Shown here: positions 28,116 through 40,742 of the stretch, in pieces
How positions within the stretch are numbered: position 1 is the stretch's first letter
How the letters are laid out: every line of letters begins with the position of its first letter
Source: Monocercomonoides exilis PA203
Lineage: Eukaryota; Protista; Preaxostyla
NCBI GenBank assembly: GCA_001643675.2
Contig: LSRY02000037.1
Span: 744,001 to 808,000 of the forward strand
DNA length: 64,000 bases
Direction of reading: 5' to 3'
Made by a program: the position numbers and the translations under genes
The notes under the pieces: model-generated
The model's input: the letters and a program-made list of their open reading frames with translations, nothing else
The model's database searches: none
What the model was told of the DNA's origin: nothing

Positions 28116-29393
28116 ATGACTGAACAGGAAATCTTTTTTCCGTTGAATGATCCAAGCGCTGATGAATGCAAACCAATTACTGATATTGAAAGTTTGAGAG
28201 TGGAAAAAGCACCAAAAGAGAAAAAGCGAAATTCAAATAGAAATATTTCTCTTGATATTGTTAAAAGTGTTGCAGCGTTTTTTGTTTTGGTCATACACTC
28301 TACATTACTTCAACGAACTGAGTTAAAACACTATGAGAAAAATGGTGTTGAATATCAGTGGCATGTTACAGCAATATATGTTTCACTCACTCAATGTTGC
28401 TCTTCTTTGTTTATGACTGTTTCTGGAATACTTCTGTTACATCCAAAACATTTGAACGATAGCCCCAGAGTAGCAATGAAAATGTTTTTGAAGAGATCAC
28501 TTATTTACATCGTCTGGTGCATTCCTTATAATATGAAGTACATTGTTGAAACAAAGTGGAGAGGGAGATTCAAAAAAACTTTATTCGTTTTGCTCAATCT
28601 TATCATAAATGGAGATGGAACGTTTTGGTATTTATATGTTTTACTGTTTCTTCATCTTGCAACTCCCTTTTTCCAATCTGCATTGAGATCAATTTCCAGA
28701 CTTTCATATGAATTATCGTTGCTTTCTTACTGGCTTGTTTTCCAAGGTTTGAACGGATTACGTTTGTTGATTGACGGGTGGGGGAAAGGCACAAATTTCA
28801 CAAACATGATGTTCTTTGTTTTAGCTGGGCCATTTTTTTATGCATTTGCAGAAGAAGCAGCACACCCAGGGAAAAAATCTGGATATCATTTTGTTGAAGA
28901 TCAAGAAGGAATTTTAAAATGGTTAACAAGCATTAACTGGAAAAAACCTTGGGTTAGAGTTGCGACATTCTGTACTTATATTGGTTCAGCATTCTTCATG
29001 TATTTGATTTGGTCGTATCGAGAAGTTACAGGGCTTCCTAATGGGCTATTTTTAACTTTACCGCACTGTCCATTTAATTCGGTAGTTACAATTTCACTGT
29101 TCTTGTTTATTTACGGTTGTGGGACAGATTGGAACCCTGAATCAAAAATTGGAAAGTTCTTTTATTGGTTTTTCTCTTCAACAGGCTCGTGTACGATGGG
29201 AATATATATGCTCAATGAATTTTTCATATTTCGTCTATTTGGAACTTATTTGCCGATATGGACAGGGAAGAAATGGCTCGATTTCAACCCAGTCTGGTTT
29301 AGCCCCTGTTTGGCAGTGACAGTGTACTTAATATGCTGGATTGTAACACTCATCGCAAAGAAAATTCCTGGAATACGATTCTTTTTCCAGTAA
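28116..29393 (+). CDS. Acyltransferase family 3 (OafA/WecH/YiaH-like membrane O-acyltransferase), intronless
   Basis: RNISLDIVKSVAAFFVLVIH (RxxxLDxxR..H motif), LFMTVSG, FWYLY and GIYM, with about 10 hydrophobic segments in 425 aa. Confidence 0.88.
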   Translation: MTEQEIFFPLNDPSADECKPITDIESLRVEKAPKEKKRNSNRNISLDIVKSVAAFFVLVIHSTLLQRTELKHYEKNGVEYQWHVTAIYVSLTQCCSSLFMTVSGILLLHPKHLNDSPRVAMKMFLKRSLIYIVWCIPYNMKYIVETKWRGRFKKTLFVLLNLIINGDGTFWYLYVLLFLHLATPFFQSALRSISRLSYELSLLSYWLVFQGLNGLRLLIDGWGKGTNFTNMMFFVLAGPFFYAFAEEAAHPGKKSGYHFVEDQEGILKWLTSINWKKPWVRVATFCTYIGSAFFMYLIWSYREVTGLPNGLFLTLPHCPFNSVVTISLFLFIYGCGTDWNPESKIGKFFYWFFSSTGSCTMGIYMLNEFFIFRLFGTYLPIWTGKKWLDFNPVWFSPCLAVTVYLICWIVTLIAKKIPGIRFFFQ

Positions 29394-30300
29394 ATGAAGT
29401 GAAATTTTGTGGGGAAGTTTAACAAACTGTTAAACTTTTGTTGTGTTAACAATTTGTTCGAACTGTATTGATTTTTTCTATTATTATTTTTTTATAAAAA
29501 TGTCATATTCTATTTTATTTCTACTCGATATATTAAAATTTTTCTGAAATTCAAATGGTTTTGATTTATTTCGTGGTTTTCAATTTTATTTGTCGTTTGA
29601 AATTAATTTTTCATATTGTAAATTTTATAAATTTCATCCAAAGTGCTTTTTCTTTGGTTGAATGTTTTATTATTGTTGATGAGATGGTCACTTTTTTTTT
29701 TCGAGAAAAGAAACCATTTGCACTGCATTTCACTATCTTTCATATATTAACAATTTTTTTTTTTTTTTCATTTTTATTTTCCATATTGTTAATATTATTA
29801 TTATTTTTTTGATGCATTTTTATAAATAAGGACCATTGCACACATCACGACCGTGTTGACTGCAAATAATAGAAAGAAAGAAACTCAAATATTAATTTTT
29901 TGATTCGCATTTGATTTAATGTGAGTCAAAAACCTATCCAGAAGGCGAACATTTCAATCAGATTATCGGTTTTTTTGTTGATGGTTTTATTGTTTCAATC
30001 ACCTCCTTCCTTTTGAATTTTAAATAAATTAATAAATAAATTATAAGGATTTGTTTTTATTTTTTATTTTATTCAAATTCAAAAGAGAATAAAGAATTTT
30101 TCCATTATCTTTTTTTTTCTCCATCGAAAATCTTTTCCAAATGATTTGTGGTTTCCATCTTTCACGAGAAAAAGCGCACTGCTAATTTAATGATCGCTCG
30201 TTTTGTCAATCATTTTCAATAGACTCTATTTCGCTTTTTCATTCAGTTTTGTACATTTCTTTGTTGTATCTTCAGTTTCCTCATAATTCTTGAAATTACA

Positions 30301-31860
30301 ATGAATTCGAAAAGAGAAGTAGGAAGAAAACGAAATGATGATAATCAAAATGATATCACTCATAGTATTATCGAAGTCCATGTTGCAGAATCTGCAAGAT
30401 TAGCAGCAAAGCAATCGAACATAGCGGAATACGAGGAGAAGAAGATGCAGATTCTATAACGCTATTTTTGTTGAATGTGAACAGCCATAAAGATCCAGCT
30501 AATTTTCTCTCCCTTTTCTCCTCTCACAAAAATGCTTTCTCAATCAGAAATGGAGGCTCTCTTCATCCTCATTATCACCCTATGCCAAAAATATAATGAA
30601 TGTGAAGAATGCTCTGTCTTTCTGATGTTTCAATCAGCCTTATCAAATCGTGCGAAGATATCTGATGCATACATTTCATCGATGAATCAAATTATTTCGC
30701 TTTCGCAAAGAGTTTTCTTTCTTTTCCTTTTTTGTTTGAAATTCGAGTTCACCTGCGTTTTTTCATTGCTGTGTGCGGAGAAGATAACTCGTAGATCATC
30801 TTTTCAAACTTTGAAATCTTTCATTTCTGCTGCAGTTGTATTTCCTCTGCCTTCATTTCTAACAGCCTCTTCTGCAATTTTGATTTCATGCAGATGCAGA
30901 CAGCTTCATTCATCAAGCATTTTTCATCATTTTTCTGCTTATCTGGCTGATCTCCCTCAGTTTCTGCTCCGAATGGTTCCTATCCTCTCTTTCTTTTTTT
31001 TTGAATTCTAATCTTCTTCGTTAACGCAGGCTTTGCTAATTGCTTATGAAATGCTCCAACTTCCATTTGTCCTAAGCTTCTTTTTAATTAATCCCTGGCA
31101 CGAATGAAATGAATTCATTCACACAGAAAACTTTCTTTCAGCTCTCTGAGAACGAACTGAGAAGGTGAAGGAAACGAATCTGTATGATTGGCTTGATTGG
31201 TAGAAATAATAAATGGAAAATATTTCATTTGCCTTTTTTTTTATTCATTCTTCAATATTTCTATTTCCTCAGATAACTAAAGATCTTTTGAGGTATTTGG
31301 AAAATATATGGTTGCTCCATCAAAAGGCAGAAAAAGAAGATGAAGAAAATTTGATTGCAATTCATTTTTCTTTGATGAACACGAAGATGATGGTGGAACT
31401 GAGAAGAAAGAAGAAAGAAGAAGAGTGAAGATAAATTGCCTGCGTCTTCTTCCAAAAAAGATGAAATATTTTTTTGTGAAGAATATGAAATATGTGCTAT
31501 TTCTTCAATGAATACAAAAAGAGAAATAATTCTTTTTCTCTGTGAAGAAGATGATAAAGATGGTGATGATGATGATGAGGAAGATGAAGAAGGCAAAAAT
31601 GAATGCATAAGATTGTGAACATTGTTGTGATGTTCCATCCAAAGTGAAGTTTAGAAGGGTTCTTCAAAACACACTGAGATTTGCTGGAACACAACGGAAA
31701 ATGTGACATCATAAACAAGCAAATAGAAGAAAAAAAAAGATGGATTGGTTGATGTGTTAATTGGCATTGTGAAAGTGAAAGTGAATGAAAAAGTGTGTTT
31801 GGGCGTGAATAAAACTAAAGCGGATGAAGAAGACGATAATTAGAAGACTGAAAGAAATGA
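30301..31860 (+). pseudogene. Fragmented coding-like relics
   Basis: Several short, stop-interrupted ORFs and degenerate internal repeats (31330-31620). No recognisable domain. Confidence 0.25.
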
Positions 31861-31996
31861 ATGAAGAATTCACAATTTGAGTCGAATATTCTTATTGTGC
31901 AAAAGAAGATGTTGCTTCATCACGAAACAATTTCCTTTCTTTGTCCGCTTTTCTGAGAGCTTGACAAAAGGAATCGAATCGAAAAGGGCATTCACC

Positions 31997-33569
31997 TTAT
32001 ACAAACACAAAGCAATCGAATATTTCATTTGGCAGTTTGTAATAATGATAACGACTGAAAAATTTTGGAAATATGACTTGAAAGCTTGTGGTGATATCTT
32101 CGTATCCTTCATCCTCTGCAATTTCAAATAATTCTCTTTTAACAGCCTTTCTTTTTGCCTCTTCAATTTCATCATCTGCATTTCCTTTCAATCTTTTTGA
32201 TAGAGCATGAAAGAATTTCAAACAATAACATGTGCTTTCGTCTATTAAGGTTGGGTGGTGAAGTTCTTCAAAAACAACTTCAGTTGCTCCTTCGTTCAGC
32301 AAATCATCAGCTTTCACAGCTCTGTTTTCCGCAGCTTTTCTCAATGAGCTAATACACATTGTGCGTATTTTTCGAAAATTTTCCTTTGCTGCTAGAAATA
32401 TCTGAACAGTGCTCCCGATGAGTCCAATAAATTCTTTGCTCCAGTATTTGCTTGAGCAAAAAAGACACATAAATATACAGATCCATCTCTTTGTCATTTT
32501 TGTTTCTTTCTTTTCGGATCTGCTCATTTCATCTTTTTTTCTCTTCCAATTTACATGTTTTATCAGATCTTCCAATTCTCTTGTTGCCTCTCTCACAAAA
32601 TGCAGCTCATCCACAATTACTCCTTTCAAGCTTTTATCATATCGAAATCTGCTGACCAAAAACTTCCAAGCCAATTGATAGGCCAATCGTGTCAGATTAC
32701 GATGTTCCTGGTGATAATGAATAATCTCTTTGATTTTATTCAAATACAGTTCTTGCTTCACTTTCTGCTAAAAAAGGAGAAAGAGAATGCTACACCGTTA
32801 AAAATGAAATTGAAATAAACATACATAAAATTCAAGACTGCTCAGAGCAATGAAAGCCATTTCCACTTCTTTTTGAATCTCCTCGCTTTCCTCTGCCTTC
32901 AATGCAATTTTCAGAAGGCAAGACACAAAAATTTCTGGAACTTCTGTAATAAAGCAATCGAACTCAGGTAGCATTAGATAGCACATGCAAAGATCTATCA
33001 GATGCTTTTCATTCTTTTCATCTTTCTTTTTTTCTTCTTTAACGATCATCTTTTGGATTCTTTCATCCAACGAAAGATCGAAAACACTGTAACTCCAAGT
33101 GTCATTGAACACTTTTCGACATACAATACGTTTCAGCAACAAAATCGTATTTTCCATCGAAAGTTTCTCTTCTTCAATCAAGTTATTGATTTTGTTGCAA
33201 ATTCTTTTCCCGAAATCACAAAAAGATTCTTCTTTATCAATCTCATCCATAGGTTCGTTCGTTTCTTTAATCTTCAGTTTCTGTTCATCTTCAACGCAAT
33301 TTTCCAGTTCATCATGCAATTCTTCAAAAAATTACAAAGAGTTCAAAGTATGAAAATTTTTTTCAACAGAAAAAAATAGACAAATAAAACCGCAAACTTG
33401 CAAACTTTTCTGTAAGCTCTGCTTTGAATTCTTCCTCTATTTCGTAATCATAATCTTCTTCCACTTCTTCTCCTCCAACATAATAAATATTATCAACACT
33501 TAAAACTGAATCTGTTTCTTCTTCTTCTTCTTCTTCTTCAGAAATATTAACTGCATTCGCTTTATTCAT
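31997..33569 (-). CDS. Member of an expanded oxymonad helical-protein family of unknown function, 3 exons
   Basis: Exons 33569-33398, 33321-32825 and 32764-31997 join in frame. Motifs EKFAKLHDELENC, LIDLCMCYL..CLLKIALKAEESEEIQKEVEMA and EIIHYHQEHRNLTRLAYQLAWKFL are recalled as typical of a multicopy Monocercomonoides family. Confidence 0.8.
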
Positions 33570-33699
33570 TGTATGTTCTGTGCATTTGATAAGTATTGGA
33601 AAGTTGTGAACAAGATAATCGACAAATACAAACATTTTTATTTATCAAACAAGTACTGCGAGAATAATAATAAATCAAGCGGGTTAACTTGACAAAAAT

Positions 33700-35460
33700 T
33701 TGCTGTTGCAAGAAAATAACTTGGATAAAGCCTGTTCAATGAACTTTGCCTGGGAGATCGTCAAATCTTTTTTTTTCTTTAAAGTGATCAATCGCATAAG
33801 AAAAAATCCAAATTCGGATGGTATTTGTGAGAAAATTCCGAGGAAACAACCCCTGATTATTTTTCTGTACTTTAGGTATGAGGCCATTGTTTCCAACGAA
33901 AATTTTCATCAGGAAAAGGAAAGGACAAAACATACTTTTTTTTATTTGATGAAAATCTTGAGTCTTTTGTTGAAGATGATACAGTCATTTTTGAAGGGGA
34001 GCAAGATATTTGAAGGTTTGTATTTTTCACACAATCCTTTTTATTTGATGGAATTTGTAAAATTGTTTGTGATATTATTGCAGGAAAAAGCGAAAAAGAA
34101 ATGTGATAATTTGAAACGAAAAATCAACTTATCGAATGAACTTCAGCCGAAAAGAATAGAAATAGAAGAATTACGATTTGCGAACAAGCTAATTTGGGGG
34201 CCTCAAGTTCTCCACGAATCGGAATGTTTAAAGCGAACGTATAATTTGTTATCAATATTACTGCTTCACCAACAGTGGTGTTCAAGTATTCTACCAGAAC
34301 GAAAGTGCAGATGAAACTGGCATCAACAGCACAAAAAAAAAGAAAAAGAAAAAGAAAAATGACAATCAACAAAGATCGATTTATGCAGAAAGTGAAGCTC
34401 AAAGTTATACAAGTGAAAAACATTCACAGCGGAATTTATTATTTTTGAAGTTTACAAATGAAATATGATTTGTTTTTCGTTCATTTAGCACCAAGCAGAT
34501 GAAAGGATGTATCACAGAAATGAATTTCTCTTTTTCAGCCCAGGAAAGTTGACTTATGAGGTGGAAGAAAGGGAAGAATTGTAGTTGAGAGAAACAAATC
34601 ACAGCTTATTTTGCTTGTAGTATTACTGCTGTACAAGCGTGAGATGAAACGCCAAGTTGCTGAACTGTTTATGGAAAATGCCTATGCTAACCGACTCAAT
34701 TGATCAAGCTTCTTTCGATTTGGCGAAAAGGAGAAAGTGGAAAAGACAATAATGTCTCTTCAAATGGATATTTTAAATGGTGTCTTCGAATGCATGCAGT
34801 TTGTTCTGTTTTTTTCAGTCCAATTGAAATGGAGCATGACAAAGACATGGGATGAGGGCAGCATTTGGAGTCTTGCTTGCTTTCGTTGCAGTTTGTTGGC
34901 AGGGAGGAAAGGGAAAATGAGCAAAGATGGATCCTCTGAACAAACAATAAAGACAAAAAAAAACATCGAAAGCAACAGAATGAAGCACAATGGAGTACTT
35001 CAAGAGGAATGGTGTTTACGGAACAGTGTGATTTCGTCCATTTATCGTTTGGAGCGCTCAACTTTGCATTAATGACTGATTTATGTTGAGTTTCAAAAGA
35101 AGTTCTCTCTTATGTACATCTTCAATTTCCTCCTCTTTTGTTTCTGATTTTGATTGTTTTTCTTGCTCTCTCTCATTGAATATTTCTTTGTTAATAAACT
35201 GGGCATGTGCAGGCGATCCTCTTTTTGGGTGTGAATGCAGAGCATAAAAACAGAATTCAATCAGAGCAGAAAGAGACATTTTCTTTTTTCTTTCCTTTTG
35301 TGGAATATGGAGTCATCTTTCTCTTTCTTTATTTATGGATGCTATTTGATGAAAACTTTCATTTTAAGAATTTGTTTTCTTTTTTTTATCAAGATAAAAA
35401 TCACTCAAATAAAAAAAGAAGTATTGCTTCAGGATTCAATTTATTGAAAATGACCAACGA
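33700..35460 (+). pseudogene. Degraded coding-like region
   Basis: Higher-complexity sequence with many short broken ORFs; no domain identified. Confidence 0.2.
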
Positions 35461-36045
35461 AATTTGAAAATTTTTTTTCTTTTTTTTTTCAGTCAAATAA
35501 AAGATGATGCTCATCATCAAAGTCAAATTGTGAAAATATAAAAATTGAAGAAAAAGACAAAGAAAGAAAGAAATGTATTTTCTTTGTCAAACTGAATCAA
35601 ATACATTTGCGTCAAGCTTCATTTATCAAACGCAATAATCAAGCTTCTCTAATTCATCACAAAAAATGAGCAAAAAGAAAAAACAAAATATGAGTGCACA
35701 AACAACCTCTTTGCAGAGTCAAATTAAAAAGAATGAAATCTCATTTGAAAGAAACGATGAAACAAAAAATGATAGCCATCAACAAAATCCCTCGTTTCGC
35801 TCAAAAACAAAGTGAAAAGTGCTCAAAGAAAAAATCACTCGTTATTAAAGGAAATAAAGTGAAAATTAAAAGGAAAAGAAAACTCCAACAAATAATAACA
35901 ATAAGCTTCACTTCAACATTAAACGTAAAAAAGCTTGAATCAAGCATTCAATTTACAAAATTTTTTATTCAATCCAATTCATAACAATCTTGAAATACTT
36001 TTTTTCCTGAAAAATATAAAAAGAAAGCCATTTTGTGCAACTATC

Positions 36046-36691
36046 CTATTTCCGTTTGCGAGCAATCTCGTTCTCAAGCCATTTAAGGCCTTCCAGAAGT
36101 CCATCTCCGGTCAAAGCAGAGCAAGGCTGAATGTACCAAGATCTCCCTGCACAAACACGATCAAGTTCCAGCTTTTCCAGAATATATTCTGGACTGACAG
36201 CCCCTTTCAGATCTTGCTTGTTCGCATATATAAGAAGTGGAGCATTTTCTGCTTCTTTTTGTTGAAGGAAAAAGTGAAGCTCCTCTTTCACACAATCTCC
36301 GCACTCCATTGTTGTGCAAGCAAGGCGAGAAATGTCTGCACTGTCTATTACAAAAATAATCGCATCTTTTTCCTTGCAGAGGCGGTATCCTAATCGTTTT
36401 GCTCTTAAGTTTCCTCCAATATCCCAAATTGTAAAGGTAATTCTTCTGAAATGAAATTCTTCCAAATAGAATCCAATTGTAGGTACTGTTTGAATGTATT
36501 TACTCGGACTTAGCTTATTCATTATTGAAGTTTTTCCTGCGGCTGCAGTTGAGATATTTAAAAAAAGATGAGAGAATTTCTTTCAAAAAAAGACAAATGA
36601 TAATATTTAAACCATCTAACCCCATCATAAAGATATTTTTTTGCCTTAGCATTCCAAAAATTCTCCAAATCTTTGACACCGTCAATCCCAT
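36046..36691 (-). CDS. Divergent Arf-family small GTPase, 2 exons
   Basis: Exon 36691-36613, intron 36612-36543 and exon 36542-36046 give MGLTVSKIW..MMGLDAAGKTS..PTIGF..WDIGGN..IFVIDSAD..ANKQD..CSA, with an N-myristoylation-type MGxxxS start. Confidence 0.92.
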
Positions 36692-36838
36692 TTGGATGCA
36701 ATGTTGTTCTGAAAGCAGATTTGTGTGTTTTAACCATAATCAAAATTTCTTATTGAATAATAGTGGGTATATGAAAATGCATCGATTGAATAATTAATAA
36801 AAAAGGGATAAATCAAGAATTTTTGATGAAAAATATTA

Positions 36839-38409
36839 TAATGACACACTTTTCATCAGAATTATGTGATGCTGATGATGCTTCTTTATTTTTTTGTAAT
36901 AAAAGCAAAAGTCTGAAGTAAAAATCTATCGATCAGTAAATTTCTAAATGATATTAAAGATTTATCGGTTTTTGTTTTAAAAAAAAGAGTTGATCAATAT
37001 TAAAAAATGTTTATTTTCATATTTGGTAGGAAATTATTTTCAAAAAAAAAAATGTGATCTGGAAAAAAGGTTAATTTGTGAATGATGAAAGCATTAATAC
37101 AAAAAAGAAATAACACACAAACAAAACAAAATGACAAGAATCACAAAAGGCTCGATTCAAAAGAAAATACATTTACTGCGAGATCAAGGAAAAGGAAGAA
37201 ACGAAAATGCTCGTTTATTGAATATTTCAGTCAATACTGTAAAAAGACATAAAAACAAACTATATTCAATCAAAACTGTGTCAGACGCAAACTTGGAAGG
37301 CCACATATTCTTACACCTGCTCTGTTGAGGAAAGCTAAAAAAGAATCAAAACGCATACAAATTCGAAGAGCCAGAAATCTGACCGATTATCTTGGAGTGA
37401 ATTTCAGAAATTCCACTGCTCATCAACTATTACGCCTGGTGAATAGAAAATATTCAAAGAGAAAAATCAAACCTTTCCTGTCAAAGAATGCTTGTGAGAA
37501 GAGAAATGAATTTGCTAAAAAACATTTAAGTGATGATGTATTATGGGAACGAACGATCTTCGTTGATGAAAAAAAATACAATTTATTTGAACCAGATAAT
37601 ACAAGAATGGAATGGATTGAACAAGATAATTAGGAAATTTTCGTTCATCAAAGTCAGAATAAACAAGAAAAAATAAGTATTTGGAATGCAGTGGGTTATT
37701 ATTTCAAATCTCCTATCGTTTTTATCAGCGAAACAATGAATTCTAAGGAATATAGTTGAATTATGAAGTTTTCATTGATTCCTTATGCACGCAAGCGGCA
37801 CAAATATAATTGGAGATTTATCCACGATAATTCACCAATTCATCGATCAATCAAAATGCAAAAAGTTTTCAGAAATTTTTCAATAACCAGCGTTGAATAG
37901 CACACTAATTCTCCAGATTTTTGTGTCATCAAAAATGTGTGGAGTATTTTTTGGAGGAAAGTTCTTAATTAAAAAGAACCACAGAAAGATGAAAATCAGC
38001 TGAAACAATCAATTATGGATACATGGAATGAAATTGAAATGGATTATTTAAATTAACATGTTCATTCGATGTTCAAACCCCATCAAACAGTTATTTTGAA
38101 TGAATGAGGATCAATTAACTTTTAATATATTTTGATCATGTTATTGGAATTAATTCTTGGAAATTTACTTTTTTTTTGAAAATTCAGATCGCATATTTTT
38201 GACAAATTATTTTTTCTATTAACATGATAATTTTCCATTTTTTATTGTTTTTGAAAAAAAAAAAAAAAAAATTATCTCTATCACAAAGCATTAACATGTT
38301 TGACAATAATAATAATAATTGAATGTGATTTTTTCCTTACATAACTGTTGGTTCATATTTTCAATTTTTGAAAGTGGATCAGTTATTTTTGATTGTTAGT
38401 GTGTCATTA
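36839..38409 (+). mobile_element. Inactive Tc1-type DNA transposon with long imperfect TIRs
   Basis: Broken transposase 37131 to about 38125: HTH (ARLLNISVNTV), WERTIFVDEKKYNL, IWNAVG, FIHDNSPIH, SPDFCVIKNVW. Terminal taatgacacact (36839-50) is inverted at 38398-38409, and the inner at(g/c)tgatctg-type motif near 37052 is inverted near 38185. Confidence 0.9.
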
Positions 38410-38928
38410 ATGTTGCTCTGAAAAAATATGAATCGACATGTGTGATAATTTTTGAAATCATAATTTTTCTTTCATTATTTTCAAATCGACAAATTCTCTT
38501 GAACATTAACACATGAACGCTGAAAAATGAAATGACTTATCGAAGATATCTGCTTCTTTATTTCTTCAAAGACAATGTTTTCAGAAACTATTGAAAATTA
38601 CTTAACATTTGTATACAAAATTTCTTTTCAAAGACTAACAACCTTTGAAAAAACAGCACACCGAATAAAGTCATGATTTCAAAAATTTTATCCCATATTG
38701 AAACAATTTTTGTGAGAGTTTCAGTGTTATTTCAATAGCGATCCAGTTTTTTCTTTGAAAATATTTGGATAAAAGATCACTTTTTGGAGAACCCACTTTT
38801 ATCGTTTAACATATGAATAAATTACAAAAAAAAAAGGCAAACCACATTTCATGAAAAGGCCTTTCTTCTGTAAAATAAATATGAAAGTTAAATTCATAAT
38901 AGATATCATTTTTTCATTCATTAATGAT

Positions 38929-40192
38929 GTGCGGAAGTTGACAAAAAAGTCAAAAATAAAAAATAAAAAATTGAAGAAAAAATGGGTGAATGAATTTTAA
39001 AAAATTGGAATTTAAAAAAAAAAAAAAATTAATCAACTTCCATGGGGTCAAATTCCGATTCACTTGCACAGTCCCCAGCTCCAAGTGAATCAGATTCTTC
39101 AAATTCTGACATTTCCAAAATATCATTTTCATCTTGTATATCAGATTCAAGCTCTGATGCTGTTGAGTTATTTTTTCACTTTCAGATTCATCCAATTCTT
39201 TTTCTTTTTCAGCTAAATCAAGAGGAACATCCTTTGTGAGATCCTCGAATTGTATTTGTTTGTTTCTTCCGACCAGCTACAGAGATAAATAGTCACCAAG
39301 ATACTTTTCTCTACATCCTGTTCTTGGAAAATATTTCCGTAAATTCGTCCACAAACCTTCGACAGTGTTTGTGCATGCATGTGAATTTTTTTTTTTTGAA
39401 TTTTCGCTTGTGACAGACAGTTTCATGAGAATAACCTTAATCTAACAATCTGGAATAAGCCTTCCATTTATCGCTCATGATCCAAGTTTCAGGAAGGATT
39501 TTAACTCGTATTATTGGAACCAATGACTCAGCCATTCTATTTGGCACGATCATCATGAAGTTCTTCCCCGCACCTCCCTCTGGTTTCCTTTCCACGGCTC
39601 CAAATATCCAAATTTCACTCTTCTTTTTCCCTCGCACATATTTTCTGCGCCTCCAAAAAGCTTCGTCGATCTCCACAATTCTTCACGGCCCTCCAATGAC
39701 AGCTTGATTTTTGTTCAATATTGATGTGCATCTGACTCGAATTACACTCGTCCTATAATGAATTTTGTTTTCACTTATTCCAAGCAGTTCACCAATGTGT
39801 GCGGTTGATAAACCAATGTGATAATACGAAACAATCATCAAAAACTTTCACAGTGGAATTTTCGTATTTTCCAAAGATGTGTTTTAAAAAACAAACTGTT
39901 TTTTCCCACATTTTCCGAGTCTCCAATTTTTGTAATATATGCCTCCGGATGTGAATATCATTTGGCATTTATCGTGTCTGCATTTTGGAGCTTCTCCTTC
40001 CAGTACATTTTCGAAATACCATTTCCAAGCACCCATTTCATCAGAAAATATATCGTTGAGTTCATAAGCAGTCATTTATGTGAACGTTCTGTATGATAAA
40101 TACATTTGATGAATGTTTGATCAAACACATAAATACTTGAAAATGACCTTTTTTCAAAGAATAAAAATTATATTTTTGACCACTTTCCGCAC
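38929..40192 (-). mobile_element. Inactive Merlin (IS1016/IS1595-type DDE) transposon
   Basis: Pseudo-ORF from 40075 to about 39030: Cys-rich N-terminus, IGGP*RIVEIDEA..RKY.RG..WIFGAVER, IMSDKWKAY and HTNTVEGLW, with stops. Imperfect TIRs gtgcggaa(a)gt.g.caaaaa at 38929-38947 and 40173-40192. Confidence 0.9.
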
Positions 40193-40742
40193 GTTTTTTG
40201 GAGATTATAATTGCATTATGATTAATTATAAATCAAATAAAACAGAAATAAACTTATTCCAGACGTTCCCATATCTTCAAGTCTTGCCAAAAATAAATCA
40301 CGATTAATTGCTTCGATTTGTTTGATAAAAAAAAAATATTTCATTTAGCAAACAAAACTTAATAAAAATGATGTTTCTTCATGTTCAGCTACAACACAAT
40401 GAGACGTTCACAAGCACTCAGTAGCAAAAGGCACTTATAAAAAAAGGAAAAGGCAGTACAACTTCAACCTAATGTCACATAAAATATGAAATGAGAAATA
40501 TGTTCAAAACTTAGATCAAGAAACGGTAATATCATATAATATTGACATACAAAAATATCATAAGAAGGAAAAAAAAAAAAAAATGAATGTGTCAAATGAA
40601 GAAAATATCATTCAGCGAATGTTCTTGTTTCGAAATTAAAAATATTTAATAATCATGATAATTATAAAATAAATTAAATGTAGAAATCTTTTCAAAAAAG
40701 ATCTGCAATAAATATGAATTTAAATGAATATACATAAAAATT

